A DNA stretch of 64,000 nt, taken from the NCBI GenBank assembly GCA_025201805.1, contig MU619364.1, forward strand, positions 15,119-79,118, given 5' to 3'. The DNA comes from Parasitella parasitica NRRL 2501. Its lineage: Eukaryota; Fungi; Mucoromycota. The notes below the pieces were generated by a model. The model searched no databases and was not told where the DNA came from. It was given only the letters and a program-made list of their open reading frames with translations. This document shows positions 13,121 through 25,580 of this stretch, one piece after another; position 1 is the stretch's first letter; every line of letters starts with the position of its first letter. Both the position numbers and the translations under genes were made by a program.

Positions 13121-16100
13121 ATGTCAGATCCGAGTATTGTGCAAGTAGAAGGAGTAATTTAATCTGAAAGCTTGATGCGTTCTTTATTTTTAACGAGTAC
13201 AGCAGCTTATAGAGGAACTGTATAGTTCAAATGACACTCTTCTCGCAAAACAAATTCAAGAACAGTTGCAATCACTTCAGAAACAGCCTTATGCTTGGGA
13301 AATTGCGTCGCAGTTGTTGGCCTCACAGGTAATTCGCTACAATATTGAGAGGATATCCTTGACAAATTTCGCATAATTCAGTCAAAACAATGTCAATTCT
13401 TTGGAGCACACACCTTTCAAGTAAAAATTACTAGTCATTGGTAAAGAAAAAAAAAAAAGAAATAAATAATCATAGATATTTATCGACTAAAACAGGGAAA
13501 CGTTACCAGAAGATAAAGTAGAATGGCTGAAAAATGAATTACTTGGTTGGATAGTTCGACTTTGTGGAGGTCCTGCCTTTGTCACGACCAAATTGTGCGT
13601 AGCAGTAAGGTTACTGGGTCGGTTTCGAATCCTTGTAGATGTTGACATGGTTACTATAGCTGATCGCTTTTGCCTTTCATACTGCATCTGGTCAATGGCC
13701 TCACTTTATACCAGCAACTTTGGAGGCATTGCAACTTTCATCACACACTTATGGAGTCCCTACCGATGTGGTCAATTCAGTCATATTAGAATTCCTGACA
13801 CTTGTGCCTGAAGAGGTGTCTAATTCCAACATTGCTGGAGGTCGTAGGCTTCAGTTGATCGGACAAGTTAAAGAGAGCATTCCACTTGTATTATCGACTA
13901 TATTATCTAATTTACGGAATCGAACGTCAACAGAGATTCAACAAAAGACATTGCGATGCCTACAAAGCTGGGTTCAATATGGCTTCAGTCTTGAAGAAGG
14001 ATATGCAATACTGCAAGAAGTCATGTCTTTATTAGGTGATCCTGACCTGTTTGAACCGGCAGTAGATGTGTTGTTAGAATCAATGCAGCAGTCGAGCTGG
14101 GCCAAATATCACAACTATAGAAACGATTTATTAACTTGCTTTACAAGCAAGGCAATGAAGGAGAAATTTGAATCATGTATGGCAGAGGAGGATGAGGACA
14201 CAGCAAGAGTGATTGCAAAGTTGTTGACAGCATTTGGAGAAACTTATACTGATTATATTGCGGTTCAATTAGCAAGGCCTGATATCTATTGGATTATGAC
14301 AATGATTATCCGATTAAGTGATTTCAAGGGTTTCTTTCCTGTTGATCAAGAAGTAACCGAGATTCCTCTTAACTTTTGGTACAACTTGCAAGAAACTTTA
14401 TTTGACGAGTGCATTTTACCTGTGAAACAGCTACCGCCTGCTGATCAGGAAAACAGTACAGAGCAACAATGGAAGTTCACTTGTGGACAGGCGGCTTTGG
14501 CTATCTATCGAGACTTGGTCGAAATTTGGGCCCAAGGCGCACGTTTCCCGGATGAGCTCACTTGGGTATCATGGAATAAAGGTACAGCAGACGGACCCAG
14601 CAATGGTAGGCATTAAGGAATTAACATTTTTCTAGATATCAGAGATAAGTTCAAGATTTGGAGAAGAGATTTAGGCGATACAATGATCAACCCTTATTAC
14701 GTTTTAAGAGAGGAGATGCTTGATATTTTATTAAATCATACTGTACGTATCATAAACCAGTGGACATCACTAACAAATCCATCTCAGGTAAGTCTTTAAT
14801 AGATGCATAGAGCAATGTTCCGCATATTTATTCATGTATTCACAGAGTTTGGAAGGGACTCTATTTTGTTTAAAGAGCATTTCCGAGGAAATTACCGCTG
14901 ATGAAAACCTTCATGTTGCTCGATTCTTTGGACCTGAAATTCTGGGTAGATTGCCCATCGATTGCGGCAGTCGTTTAAAGGGCACAGTCTTGATATTAAT
15001 GGGATCTTTTGCTGAATGGCTTAAAACACACCCACAATATCTCGGGTCTGTGATGAATTATATCGTACCCTGTCTTAGTGACCCTCAATTGGCGCCGGCT
15101 GCTAGTTGCGCGTTTGCAGACATATGCGACACATGCCGAGAATTGCTTGTGGATGAGTTGGCTGGATTGATGCGCGTCTATGCAGCAATGACAAGCTCGA
15201 ACATCAGGCCCAACATTATGCAAAAGGTGGTTGAAGCAGTCGCTAATGCTATTCAGGTGCTCCCTCCCGACAAAGCAATGGGCCCATTAATGGTAAATGT
15301 GTGCTGACACACAACGCAATTCAGCCAGGACTAAATGTTTTTAATATAGTCTTTAACAGGTGATATCCTTCAAGGCATTTCAAAGGCAATAGCAAATACT
15401 GAGAAGGATCCTCAAGGTTCTCGTGATACCGTCTTGGTTCAGCTGCAATACTTGTCAGCTTGTTGCCGTGGAATCCAGTCGCCTAATGACGATTATCAAT
15501 CACTTGGTGTGCGTAACTCAGTATACGATGCCTTTGCTAGCGGACAGTTGTTGGCCATGTATGCCCATATAGACGGATTCAGCCAAGTAACCTACGCTAT
15601 TCGAGAATCGTCGTCGCAAATCGCTAGAGTTTGGGGTACGGATGAACTCATAGCAAAGGCGCTATCCACTTTTTTGGAACAGGGCATACGCTCCACCAGT
15701 CCATTACTAAGTTTGGATTTCATTGATCTTGCAGCTCTTGTGGAGTCTAGCTACGTTGCTGCGCCATTCGCTTGTTGGTTGGATGCAGCGTCTTTCATGA
15801 TGACAGTATACGGTGGGCAACAGATGTATATTGAAAGACTAAGAGATTTATTGGGTGTGATTACCACCAAGACACTGGGCTTTATACATGGAGCTGAAGG
15901 TAACTACGACGGTGATGTTAGCACAGTGTAATTATTACTTGATTTACGATGTTTATAGCGATGGAGAACTACCCTGATGTTGTGGATAGCTATTATGGGT
16001 TATTATCAAGGGTAGGGTAATGCGGGCTCACACATCCACTGTTTATATTGCTAATCAGTAACAACAGGCCATTGCCCGCTGTCCATTAGCGTTTTATCAG

Positions 16101-16536
16101 TTGCCGCCCGATATGATCAATACTGTATTCCTATTCGTGATTGCAGGCATGGGATTGCAGGAAAAACTAGCGTTGAGGGCTGCACTGAATTTCATGGTAA
16201 ACGAGAATAGAAGCCAAATGTAGAGCTGACTTACCCGACTAAAATACAATTCTTGTGCAGGCTGATTTTATCAACCAGGTTACCCAAGAAAATTCGGAAA
16301 TAGCAAAGATGATAGATACAATCATCGTGGATATGGGATTTCAAATTATGGAACAGCTATTATTGGCAAGTAGCATGCTTTTCCTTCCATTTATTTCAAG
16401 CTGACATGCCGTATAAATAGGGAATTGGTGGCCGTGTGCCTAGATCTTTCTTGGGCCCACTTGTGGATGTGCTGTTTAAAATCATTGGAAAATACTTGCA
16501 ACCTAGTCGACAGTGGTTACATACGTTACTATCGAT

Positions 16537-16594
<58 letters not shown>

Positions 16595-16769
16595 AGCCCA
16601 CTGCAGGAACACCAATAAGATGATTTGTATTGATTCCTGTTCTTGTCATAGGATGGTTTTCCCTCGACCTTGGTCAGCGCAAGCGATAAGGAGATGTTCC
16701 TCAAAGGAGTCTTGGGGCAAGTATTTTTTGTTTCTATCATTTACAACGTTCTTGTGTAATATTAACTTT

Positions 16770-16815
<46 letters not shown>

Positions 16816-16898
16816 GAACAAGATCTTTCAAGAGATTCAAAGAGACTACGAATGCGTTTTCGATAAAATGTAGAGGTTTAGGAAATACATCGTTTTGA
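13121..16898 (+). CDS. Importin-13/transportin-3-like karyopherin (HEAT repeats), many exons
   Basis: N-terminal IBN_N-like QLQSLQKQPYAWEIASQLL..FFGAHTFQVKI; LEFLTLVPEE; LNFWYNLQE; EGTLFCLKSISE; YPDVVDSY; two GC-AG introns. Confidence 0.85.
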
Positions 16899-17073
16899 AA
16901 AGTTTGAATTTATTTAATAAATATAAATAATGTCATTAAAGAAAATCAAACATTACACTAAGTTTGTGTTAGTGCAACGCTTTATATATAATTTACTGAA
17001 GAACCATTTCTTTTGTCTTTTTCTCCTTACTTTTCTTTTTTCTTTTTTTTCTTTCTTTCTTTCTTTAAAAATA

Positions 17074-19035
17074 ATGGTAGGGATAAAAGGCCCAAAATCG
17101 CCTCTGATCTCAAATCATGCTGTAGCATCACATAACCCGATTCAATTAGCTGCTATTTCAAACTACAAATTGGCTCAGCTTACATTTGCTCCACCGGACC
17201 TTCATTCGCTGAGAAAGACTGCTGTGATCAAGAACATGCTGCACGATGTATACACATCCACTCCGCCAGAATGGCTGCAACAGATGACTAGATGGCAGTA
17301 TTTCACTCCAGAGTAATTTTCCTACTTGTCGGTACCTGGCCCAGACATTTCGCTAACCCTCCTATTTAGATCATTAGAAGAAATGACTCAAGCAGGGCTC
17401 GAGGAAATATTCCAACAGTATGTGCAGACCATTGAAGCTTTTCGACCTGTCAAGCCAACACATTCGTACCAATACGACGATGAACTGTTCGATGAAGAGG
17501 ACGATAGCCAAGGGGACGATCTCTGGATTGCTGCTGAAGAAGAGCATGATTTGTCTCGTCCATCCTTCCAATTGATTGAGCAGCAACCACAGCTGCAGGA
17601 ACAGGAACAGGAGCAGGAATCTTGTCAATCGAAAACCGACTCTATAGACTCTTCCACCTCCAGCATATTCTCGCAGCCTAATGCAGCCATATCCAATGAA
17701 TCCGTTGGCAACGATATGCCAGCTCGTGCACCTTCGCCGCTTGCTGAGAAACCTCTGCCAGCCAGCCCTGTTATTCTTGGCAATGATACAGCAAAACAAG
17801 CAAGGAGAAAGAGTGGATTTGGAGGCAGCAAAAATAGACTGAGCTGGACCAGTGATACCGGTATCACCTCCAGCATTGTATCGCAGAATTTGGCAAATGA
17901 GATTATGAGTTTATTTGATATGGACTTTGCAATTGACATCAAGGTGGACACTGCACCCAAGCTGCCCGAGTTACCTTTCAAACCTAGGCGTCGATCACAG
18001 CAGCGGCAATCGCAGGACATGCTGACAAGTCTAATGCCTGCTTTCGAGAAAATAGCCCTGGAACATTCTCTGTGTGCTTCCGGCGCACCTAATATAAAGA
18101 CGAACCTGGTTGTTCGATCTGTGCCTCAAAGATCCTCGTCATTACGGCATAGACAGCAACTGCAACCCGGTGCCACCAAAACCCCTATTTCTCCTCCAGC
18201 AACGCCTTCTGACTCGCCGCCAGTAGTGGTTGAAAAAACTCTATCAAAAAAGAAATCACTGCTTCGACTTGCTTCGCTGATGGCAGGTAAAAAGTCCTCG
18301 CACAAAGAGCTGCCAAACAGCCCTGAGCCGTCTCCCATCACCGCAAACGGAGCCTACTATCATGAACCTCCCACAGTACTCTTGTCGAATGGCCTAGCAA
18401 CAGCCGTTGTTACAACAACGACGACAACAACGCCAACAAAGGCTACCAATACCCCAAGAAAAACAAGCACATCGACAGTCGACTCATCGACGAGCTCATC
18501 TTCTTCTTCCTGGTCTTTTGCATCCGAGGATGGCGCATTGAAGACTGCAACTACTCGTCGGCCACAGAAGCCTCTACCTGAGCCACCAAGCTCGCCTACT
18601 TTAGCTCCTTCCAATGGCAGCAACATTAGATCAAAGCGCTCAGTCAAAAAGAAGAGAAAGTCCATCATGGAGAAAACTATACCAAAACGTAAGAGCAGTG
18701 GTGCTTCAGGTAATGTCGATCCGAATCTGCAGGCGGAAAAGGGACTTGGTCGGTCGAAATCTGCATTCATCAAAATTGGCAATGGCTTGAAATCGAGGAA
18801 GCATTTGAAGCAAGTTAGAAGAACATCGTCTGCCAAGAATTTCTCGCAACATCAGTTGCAGCAAGACATTGGCACCAACTTTCAGTACCACACATCTTCT
18901 GAATTGGACAACATATACACAGGCGTATCGGAAGAATCGATTGTGCCAATAAACGGATCGCAACAAAGCTTTGTGAAAAGAATGGCTTCCTTTAATTGGC
19001 GTATGAAGCCTAAAAATAAAGCTGTTGCAGCCTAA
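17074..19035 (+). CDS. Hypothetical Ser/Pro/Lys-rich low-complexity protein (2 exons)
   Basis: ATG 17074, intron ~17313-17369, long open frame to TAA at 19035; no recognisable domain. Confidence 0.7.
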
Positions 19036-19063
19036 ATATAACCTCATAGCACGCAAGCATAGA

Positions 19064-19067
<4 letters not shown>

Positions 19068-19099
<32 letters not shown>
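19068..19099. repeat. (CT)16 microsatellite
   Basis: Read directly. Confidence 0.95.
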
Positions 19100-19103
<4 letters not shown>

Positions 19104-19394
19104 CTCCCCCCTCTTCCTCATTATCTCCTAGCTAATTACCATAAATAAAAATTAAGGCTTGGACTCGTTTTTGAACAGCTTACAAATCCGCATTAGCTGC
19201 AATTCATGCTACAAGCATTGATCTAGTACAGCTGAGTCGATATGTATAACGAGTGCAACACAATGCAACGGCATAAGGTAGCACCAATAACTGGTTTAAT
19301 GGGAATCATATTAATATAAACAAACACTCTATCTCCCCTTTTCATTTTTTTTTTTTTATCTTATATTGTTCCCTTTTTGCAAATCTCTTCTTAT

Positions 19395-21356
19395 ATGATC
19401 AAGGCTGAGCTTCCACCTGAATTTCTTCAGCAAGTGGCTAGGTACCTATCACAGCAAGATTGCTGCAGCGCCTTGTATGTTTGCAAATCATGGTTCCGCG
19501 CATTTCAAAGGTCAGTCTACAGGAAAATCTACATTGACTCTGACGCACAGCTGCAGAAGCTGCTCGATTCCTTGAGCCGGTCGTATGAGTTGTATCCGCC
19601 AGACTCGTACCATAACGGCCTGGTTATCCGAGAAATCCACTTGATGCGTGAGCAACAAGATACGCTGCCGCGCCCAGCAAGCCATCAAGACCGCGGACAG
19701 CACGTACGTCTGTCTCAAGAAAACTTTGACCTAATGGCAAAGCTATGTCCTGAGCTGGAGGTGCTGGACTTTGACATCGCAGAGTGGCAGCACATCAAAC
19801 TGGACCCGACGACGACAAGCCCATGGAAGCACATGCGGCAATGTGCCCCCCTCAACTACTCAGACTTTAGCTCTCCATTTCTAGCCGCTTTCGACGGCTC
19901 GAGGCTATCGCATTTGCACCTGAATCATCGGCCAGAGGATTTGGGCCAGATTGTTGGCAGCTTGAAAAACGTGCCGAATCTGGAAGACGTTACACTTGAA
20001 ATGAATGACACTGAAAACGACGCAGCTTCTTCCTTGTCGCTCACCAAATATTTGCAGCAGATGCATGCACAATTACCTCGTCTAAGGAGCTTCAACTTTA
20101 TCCGTACAAAAACACCACATCAAGAGTCGTCTGCTCCATTGCACGACCCCCGCTTCTTGGCGGCCTTTACCGAGCCATGTCGCAACCTGCAATCACTCTC
20201 GCTGCACGGACACGTAGACTCTTTCAAGTGGTTCGAGTTCATCAGCTCCAGCTACCCGCAACTGCAGTCTCTGTCCTTGACTCAACTGACAACCAGTCGC
20301 TTTGGCACTAAATGGATGTGGCAGAATGCTCTTGTGCAAATGATCCAGTCGCTGCCACTGCTAAAGTCGCTTACATTAGGGGGTAAAAACGCGCCGCAGC
20401 TGTTCTCAAAGGCCTTTGCGGTGGAGCTTGGAAACCCCACGTGTTCGATCGACAACCTGTACATAGACTTTGAGACGTACCAAGCAATCGAGTCATGCCA
20501 GTTTCTGCTGCTCGTGCAATCGTGCGGTCTCAACCAGCTCAAGTTTTTGAGGCTACGCGTCTGGGAGCAGATCCCAGGCTGGTCGGGAGTGACGTCGAAC
20601 CTGTTTCACTGCAAGCAGCTGCAGACGCTGGAGCTCTCGCTGTCAAAGGGCCTGATGGACCAGTTTCCATTCACGCCGTTTCTTGTGGATCATCTCTTGG
20701 GCCATCTACCTCTGCTGGAAAACTTGACATTGGTAGGCGCGAACGTGCAGGTCACGTACAACAACTTTGTCGACCTTGATAAGGGGTCCTTCAAGCTGCA
20801 GAGACTGGAGCTTCGTCAGTCTAAAATCGAAAACCACGAAGCCGTGTTCATGTATCTTTCCACTTGCTGCCCGCGTCTGGATACGTTGCTACTGGAAAAA
20901 TGCGAGATTGAGAAAAAGAGGCAGCACCAAGCAGTCCTGCCATCATCCACATGGAACGCGTGCTGTATCTCTCTGCCTTACAACACAGTCGCTCAAGTCA
21001 AGCTGAGCTCCTTTTTGATATATCTCGGCACTGTGCGAAGCAATGATTTTATTGGCGTTGAACTGCTCTGCGAGCAGCAAGGCTACAGCAGGGTTGTCTG
21101 GTGCGAAACTGCTAAATCGGAAAAAGGACAGCAAATTTACCCTTCGTACCGTCTTTGTGAGGACCAAAACAAAGTTGCAGAGTTGACCGATCTCTACAAG
21201 ACTCACCACAGCTCGTCATGTCCGTCGTCCCCTCCGAGTCCCATGCCGGGTAATTTCAGCCCTAATATTGGCATTATCACTTTCAAGTGCAAAGCACTGC
21301 TATCTGGCATAGCATTAGATAACTTGATAATATCAGCAAAGCATTTTAACGAGTAA
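19395..21356 (+). CDS. F-box / LRR (RNI-like) protein, intronless
   Basis: N-terminal F-box LPPEFLQQVARYLSQQD..ALYVCKSW followed by LxxLxL repeats (CPELEVLD, YPQLQSLSL, LPLLKSLTL, CPRLDTLLL). Confidence 0.85.
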   Translation: MIKAELPPEFLQQVARYLSQQDCCSALYVCKSWFRAFQRSVYRKIYIDSDAQLQKLLDSLSRSYELYPPDSYHNGLVIREIHLMREQQDTLPRPASHQDRGQHVRLSQENFDLMAKLCPELEVLDFDIAEWQHIKLDPTTTSPWKHMRQCAPLNYSDFSSPFLAAFDGSRLSHLHLNHRPEDLGQIVGSLKNVPNLEDVTLEMNDTENDAASSLSLTKYLQQMHAQLPRLRSFNFIRTKTPHQESSAPLHDPRFLAAFTEPCRNLQSLSLHGHVDSFKWFEFISSSYPQLQSLSLTQLTTSRFGTKWMWQNALVQMIQSLPLLKSLTLGGKNAPQLFSKAFAVELGNPTCSIDNLYIDFETYQAIESCQFLLLVQSCGLNQLKFLRLRVWEQIPGWSGVTSNLFHCKQLQTLELSLSKGLMDQFPFTPFLVDHLLGHLPLLENLTLVGANVQVTYNNFVDLDKGSFKLQRLELRQSKIENHEAVFMYLSTCCPRLDTLLLEKCEIEKKRQHQAVLPSSTWNACCISLPYNTVAQVKLSSFLIYLGTVRSNDFIGVELLCEQQGYSRVVWCETAKSEKGQQIYPSYRLCEDQNKVAELTDLYKTHHSSSCPSSPPSPMPGNFSPNIGIITFKCKALLSGIALDNLIISAKHFNE

Positions 21357-21369
21357 AAAGTTTTATTGC

Positions 21370-21404
<35 letters not shown>

Positions 21405-21407
21405 TTA

Positions 21408-21707
21408 TTAGCAAATAACAGATTTGAAATCTGCTCTTGGCATGCGCATTGTATAATGAGCTGGGACGACGTAAAGAGTCCCCTTGCAGCCTTCATCCGT
21501 CCACATGGCACAATGAGAGCCTCCGCTATTCTTGACATGAGCAGCCTTGAATTGGCTTGGAAAATTTGCGCATCTATGGTCAGAGCTGAGAACACCTGAT
21601 CGGGTTTGTTGATCCGATGTGTACAAAATTAATCCATCGCCAGTTGCAAAATAGGCGTAAATATAAGCAGGTAATGCGACTAGTAAAAACATCAGCTCAA
21701 ACTTCAT
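21408..21707 (-). CDS. Small secreted 4-Cys protein (99 aa), possible beta/gamma-crystallin/killer-toxin-like fold
   Basis: Signal peptide MKFELMFLLVALPAYIYA; pattern LY..CANFP..HCAMWTDEGCKG..SVIC; TATA-like sequence upstream (~21780). Confidence 0.7.
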   Translation of the reverse strand: MKFELMFLLVALPAYIYAYFATGDGLILYTSDQQTRSGVLSSDHRCANFPSQFKAAHVKNSGGSHCAMWTDEGCKGTLYVVPAHYTMRMPRADFKSVIC

Positions 21708-21846
21708 TTTGAAAGCATACGATTGAAATGGTAACAAGTAAAAAAAAAAAAAGAATTGTAATTTATACAGGTGTGTTTGCTTTATTTATATTTCGAGTGA
21801 TAATATTTACAGTAGAAAACATGCTACATGGGTTTCTCAATAAAAT

Positions 21847-24800
21847 TTACAATCTGATTTGATGAGACTCTTCGACCACCTTTGGAGCCCTGTACAAACG
21901 CAACAACAAACTGGAACAAACGACGCTTACACTCGATGCAACCATGGCAATGCCTGCAATATAAGGCGGCAATCCTTGGCCGACAGCAGGATACAGAATA
22001 CCAGCAGCAATAGGGATAGCAACCACATTGTATAAAAATGCCCAAAAGAAATTGAACCGAATACGACGGACAACTGTGCGTGAAACATCATACATTGTCA
22101 ACAGATCCATCAAGTTGTTTCTGATCAGAACAATACTGGCTGCTTCAATCGCAATGTCAGTAGCAGAACCAACAGAAATACTATTGTAGAGTTCAATTTT
22201 TTTTTTTTTTTTTAGAAACAATCCATTCTGATCTTTACACATGTCCAACTTACCCAACGTCAGCTTGTGCAAGCGCAGGAGAATCGTTGATGCCATCACC
22301 GACCATGGCGACAACAGCACGCTCATGTCTCTCAGTGTCTCTTTTCCAGCCTTTGAGAAAAAGCTTGTTTTTATACGGCGCACGGACGCCACGGCGCTGC
22401 AGATTTCGGATCTTGTCGGCCTTCTGTTCTGGCTTGACCCCGGCCAAGACGAAATCTGCAGGAAGCCCCAATTGTGCGCCAATAACGCGCCCAGTGCGTT
22501 CATTATCGCCGGTGATCATCCAGACTTCAATGTCGCGCTTGCGCAATTCAGCAATCAAATCGGCAGACTCGGGTCGAGGAATATCAGCAATAGCTAATTG
22601 AGAAATCATCATTGTCTGCGAGGCAGCACAGCACAGAGAGCCAGTCGCACAGCTACACACATCACAGGCACATGCATTTTTACAGCCATCCTGGTGCGTG
22701 ATGTCGCTTCCAAAAGGATCTTGATCATTTCCGCTGACAGGGGACGCAGCTACAAGGACAATGGATTGGCCCAGGTTTTGCCAATCCAACAAGAGACTGC
22801 GGCACATCTTGGTTTGGCTAGAGTTTTGATAACGTGCATGATTTTCATCCATCCACTCTTGGTTGCCCAGAAAGACGTTGAGCGCACGAACATTGCAAAG
22901 TTTGCCGGTCAAGTTTGCAGAAATATCGCGGGTCAATGTGATGGTGGCCAATAACCCACGGCCAGGCACTTCTTGAGCGTTGGTAATCGTAACGCCCTCA
23001 AAGACATTAGTAGATTCGTCTTGCTCGTCCTGTTCATCTTCGCGGTCCATCACATCAACATTGTTAGAGATCAGCTCCGTATCAGACACGTTTGGGTTAG
23101 CCCGCAGTGCACGAACAATGTGCTTTGCCTTCTTTCCAATGGACTTGGACAGTGGATGGTTGCTAGCAGAGCCAACACGACCAAGGATCTTCCATATGGC
23201 AATTCTCTGTTCGCTATTGTTGTCCGCTAATTGCTGCTCAGTCGTTTGGTCAATCCAGCTATGAGTAACAATAGGCTTGCCCATGGTCAACGTGCCTGTT
23301 TTGTCAAAGGCAACCGTTGTGATTCGATTAGCCATTTCCAAGGCATACCCTCCTCCCTTGACGAGTACGCCGTACTTTGCAGCAACACCTGTACCAACCA
23401 TTACAGCTAATGTGTATATGTATGAGTAAAGAACAGTCTATTGTGTTGTTCCCATATATCTTTTACCTGTAGGACTAGCAAGGCCCAACCCACATGGACA
23501 TGCAATCACAAGGACAGTAACAGCAAGCATAAGCGAGAAGATAGTCTTGTTCTCGCCCATAGGAACCCACTCGTCTGGGTATGCGTTTTTGACGCTCATT
23601 ACTTCCCATACGATAAATGTCGCCACAGCCAAAAGGATAACCACAGGCACAAATACACTGGAAATGTTGTCAGCCAGCTGTTCGATAGGAGCTTTGGGCG
23701 AAGCTTGGGCATCTTGTACCAACTGGATAATGCGTGAAAGGGTGGTATTAGAGCCAACACGAATTGCACGAATGTAGACGGGGGCACTAAGATTGATCGT
23801 AGCGGTTATGACACTGTCGCCCTCTTTCTTTGTAACAGGAACAGATTCGCCGGTGATCATGGACTCATCAGTAGCTGAGGATCCTCTCCAGACTTTGCCG
23901 TCACAAGGAATACGACCACCAGCATTGATTTTGAGAATATCGCCCACTTGATTATAACGCATAAATACATAATTTTTTCGCCACATCTACATGTGTATAG
24001 CAATACATACCTTGAATGTCTGTAGAATCAATCTCTCTCTCTGTAAGAATCTCCTCGCATTCAACAATGGTGTTTTCCTTTTCAGGATGGCTAGTTTTCG
24101 CAGACACAAAATCATCCATACTTGTTCTTGATGCACCCTTGGCAACCTCCACCAAAGTAGCCTTTTCTGGCTGTAGATCCATCAGTTTTGTGATAGTTTC
24201 CGCAGTCTTACCTTTGGCAAGCGCCTCAAGCCATTTACCAAAGTGGATAAAGGTGATCAAAAGCACAGACGTTTCAAAGTAGTTTAAGCTGATAGCACCA
24301 GCTGTGTGACGAACCATGGAGGCAATCACAGACGCGACGGAGGCAAAATACGCCACAGTAGTACCCATAGCAACTAGGGTTTCCATGTTGGCAGTATGAG
24401 CGTAAACCAGCGACTTGTAAGCCTTTGTGTAGAAGGGCAAACCGAGCCAGAATTGTACTGGTGTGGACAACAAAAACAAGACGAGATCGCCAACCGTCAG
24501 ACCGTGGACAATCTCCTTCATGATAGCTTTATGCACGGGACTTGATCCAGGCAGAGCCATCATAAAAACCATGGAAATCAGTACTACAGGAATAGCAAAC
24601 AGAAGAGACCACAAGAACCTAGCCTTTAGCATCGCAAGCTCCTTATCCATGCTTTCTCTCATCGAAGCCCTTTGTTCTGCGATAGTGTTGCCCTGCGTAT
24701 CTTGAGCCAGTTCAGCCTTGTAGCCAATCTGTTCAATCATCTGAGCCAAGGAGCGTGCACCCACAACGATTGGGTCGTGTTTTATAACGGCAGACTTTGC

Positions 24801-25548
24801 AAGTAAATTGACCTGGCAGCTGACTACACCAGCTAGTTTTATGATGGTTCGTTCGATATTAGCTACACAGGACGAGCATGTCATGCCAGTTACTACGAGG
24901 TGCGTATTGACAAAGCGGCTGCTTCTGCGGCTTGAGACACTGGCTGCATCATTATCGGTCTGATCATCACTGACTTTGGCAATCTTGATGCTCTCAGCAG
25001 AGAAACCCAATTGCAGAATAGCTTGGTAAATTCTTTGGCGCGTGATGAGCTTTCCAGTGTACTCAAAACTGGTACGACCGCTCTCGAGATGGACTTGAAT
25101 TGATTTGGAACGGATACCGTGTAGTTTGACAAGAGAGGAATGCACTTTGACGATGCAGTTGGCGCAGTACATGCCGGTAATAATCATTTCAGCCCTATAA
25201 ACTGCCGTTGTACCAATAGGTCCAGATTCGGGTGGGGTGTTGGAGATGAACACAACCTTGCTGGCAACGTAGCCCATGTCTTTGACAGCCTTGATAATCA
25301 TTTGCTCGTCCAGCATATCGCCATATACAGAAAAAGTTCCACTGTGCGTCAACAGGTTGACTTGCACAGAAGACGGATCAACGCCGGGTAGCTTGACAAG
25401 ACCACGCTCAATCGTTCGTACGCAACTTGCACAGGTCATGCCAGATATTTGAAATACCACTTTATGAGGGGCTGATACTGCTTGTGTATCAATAGAGATG
25501 GTACCCAGAGACACAATTGAATCAGGTCTTTCCGCAGTACCTAGTGGC

Positions 25549-25580
<32 letters not shown>

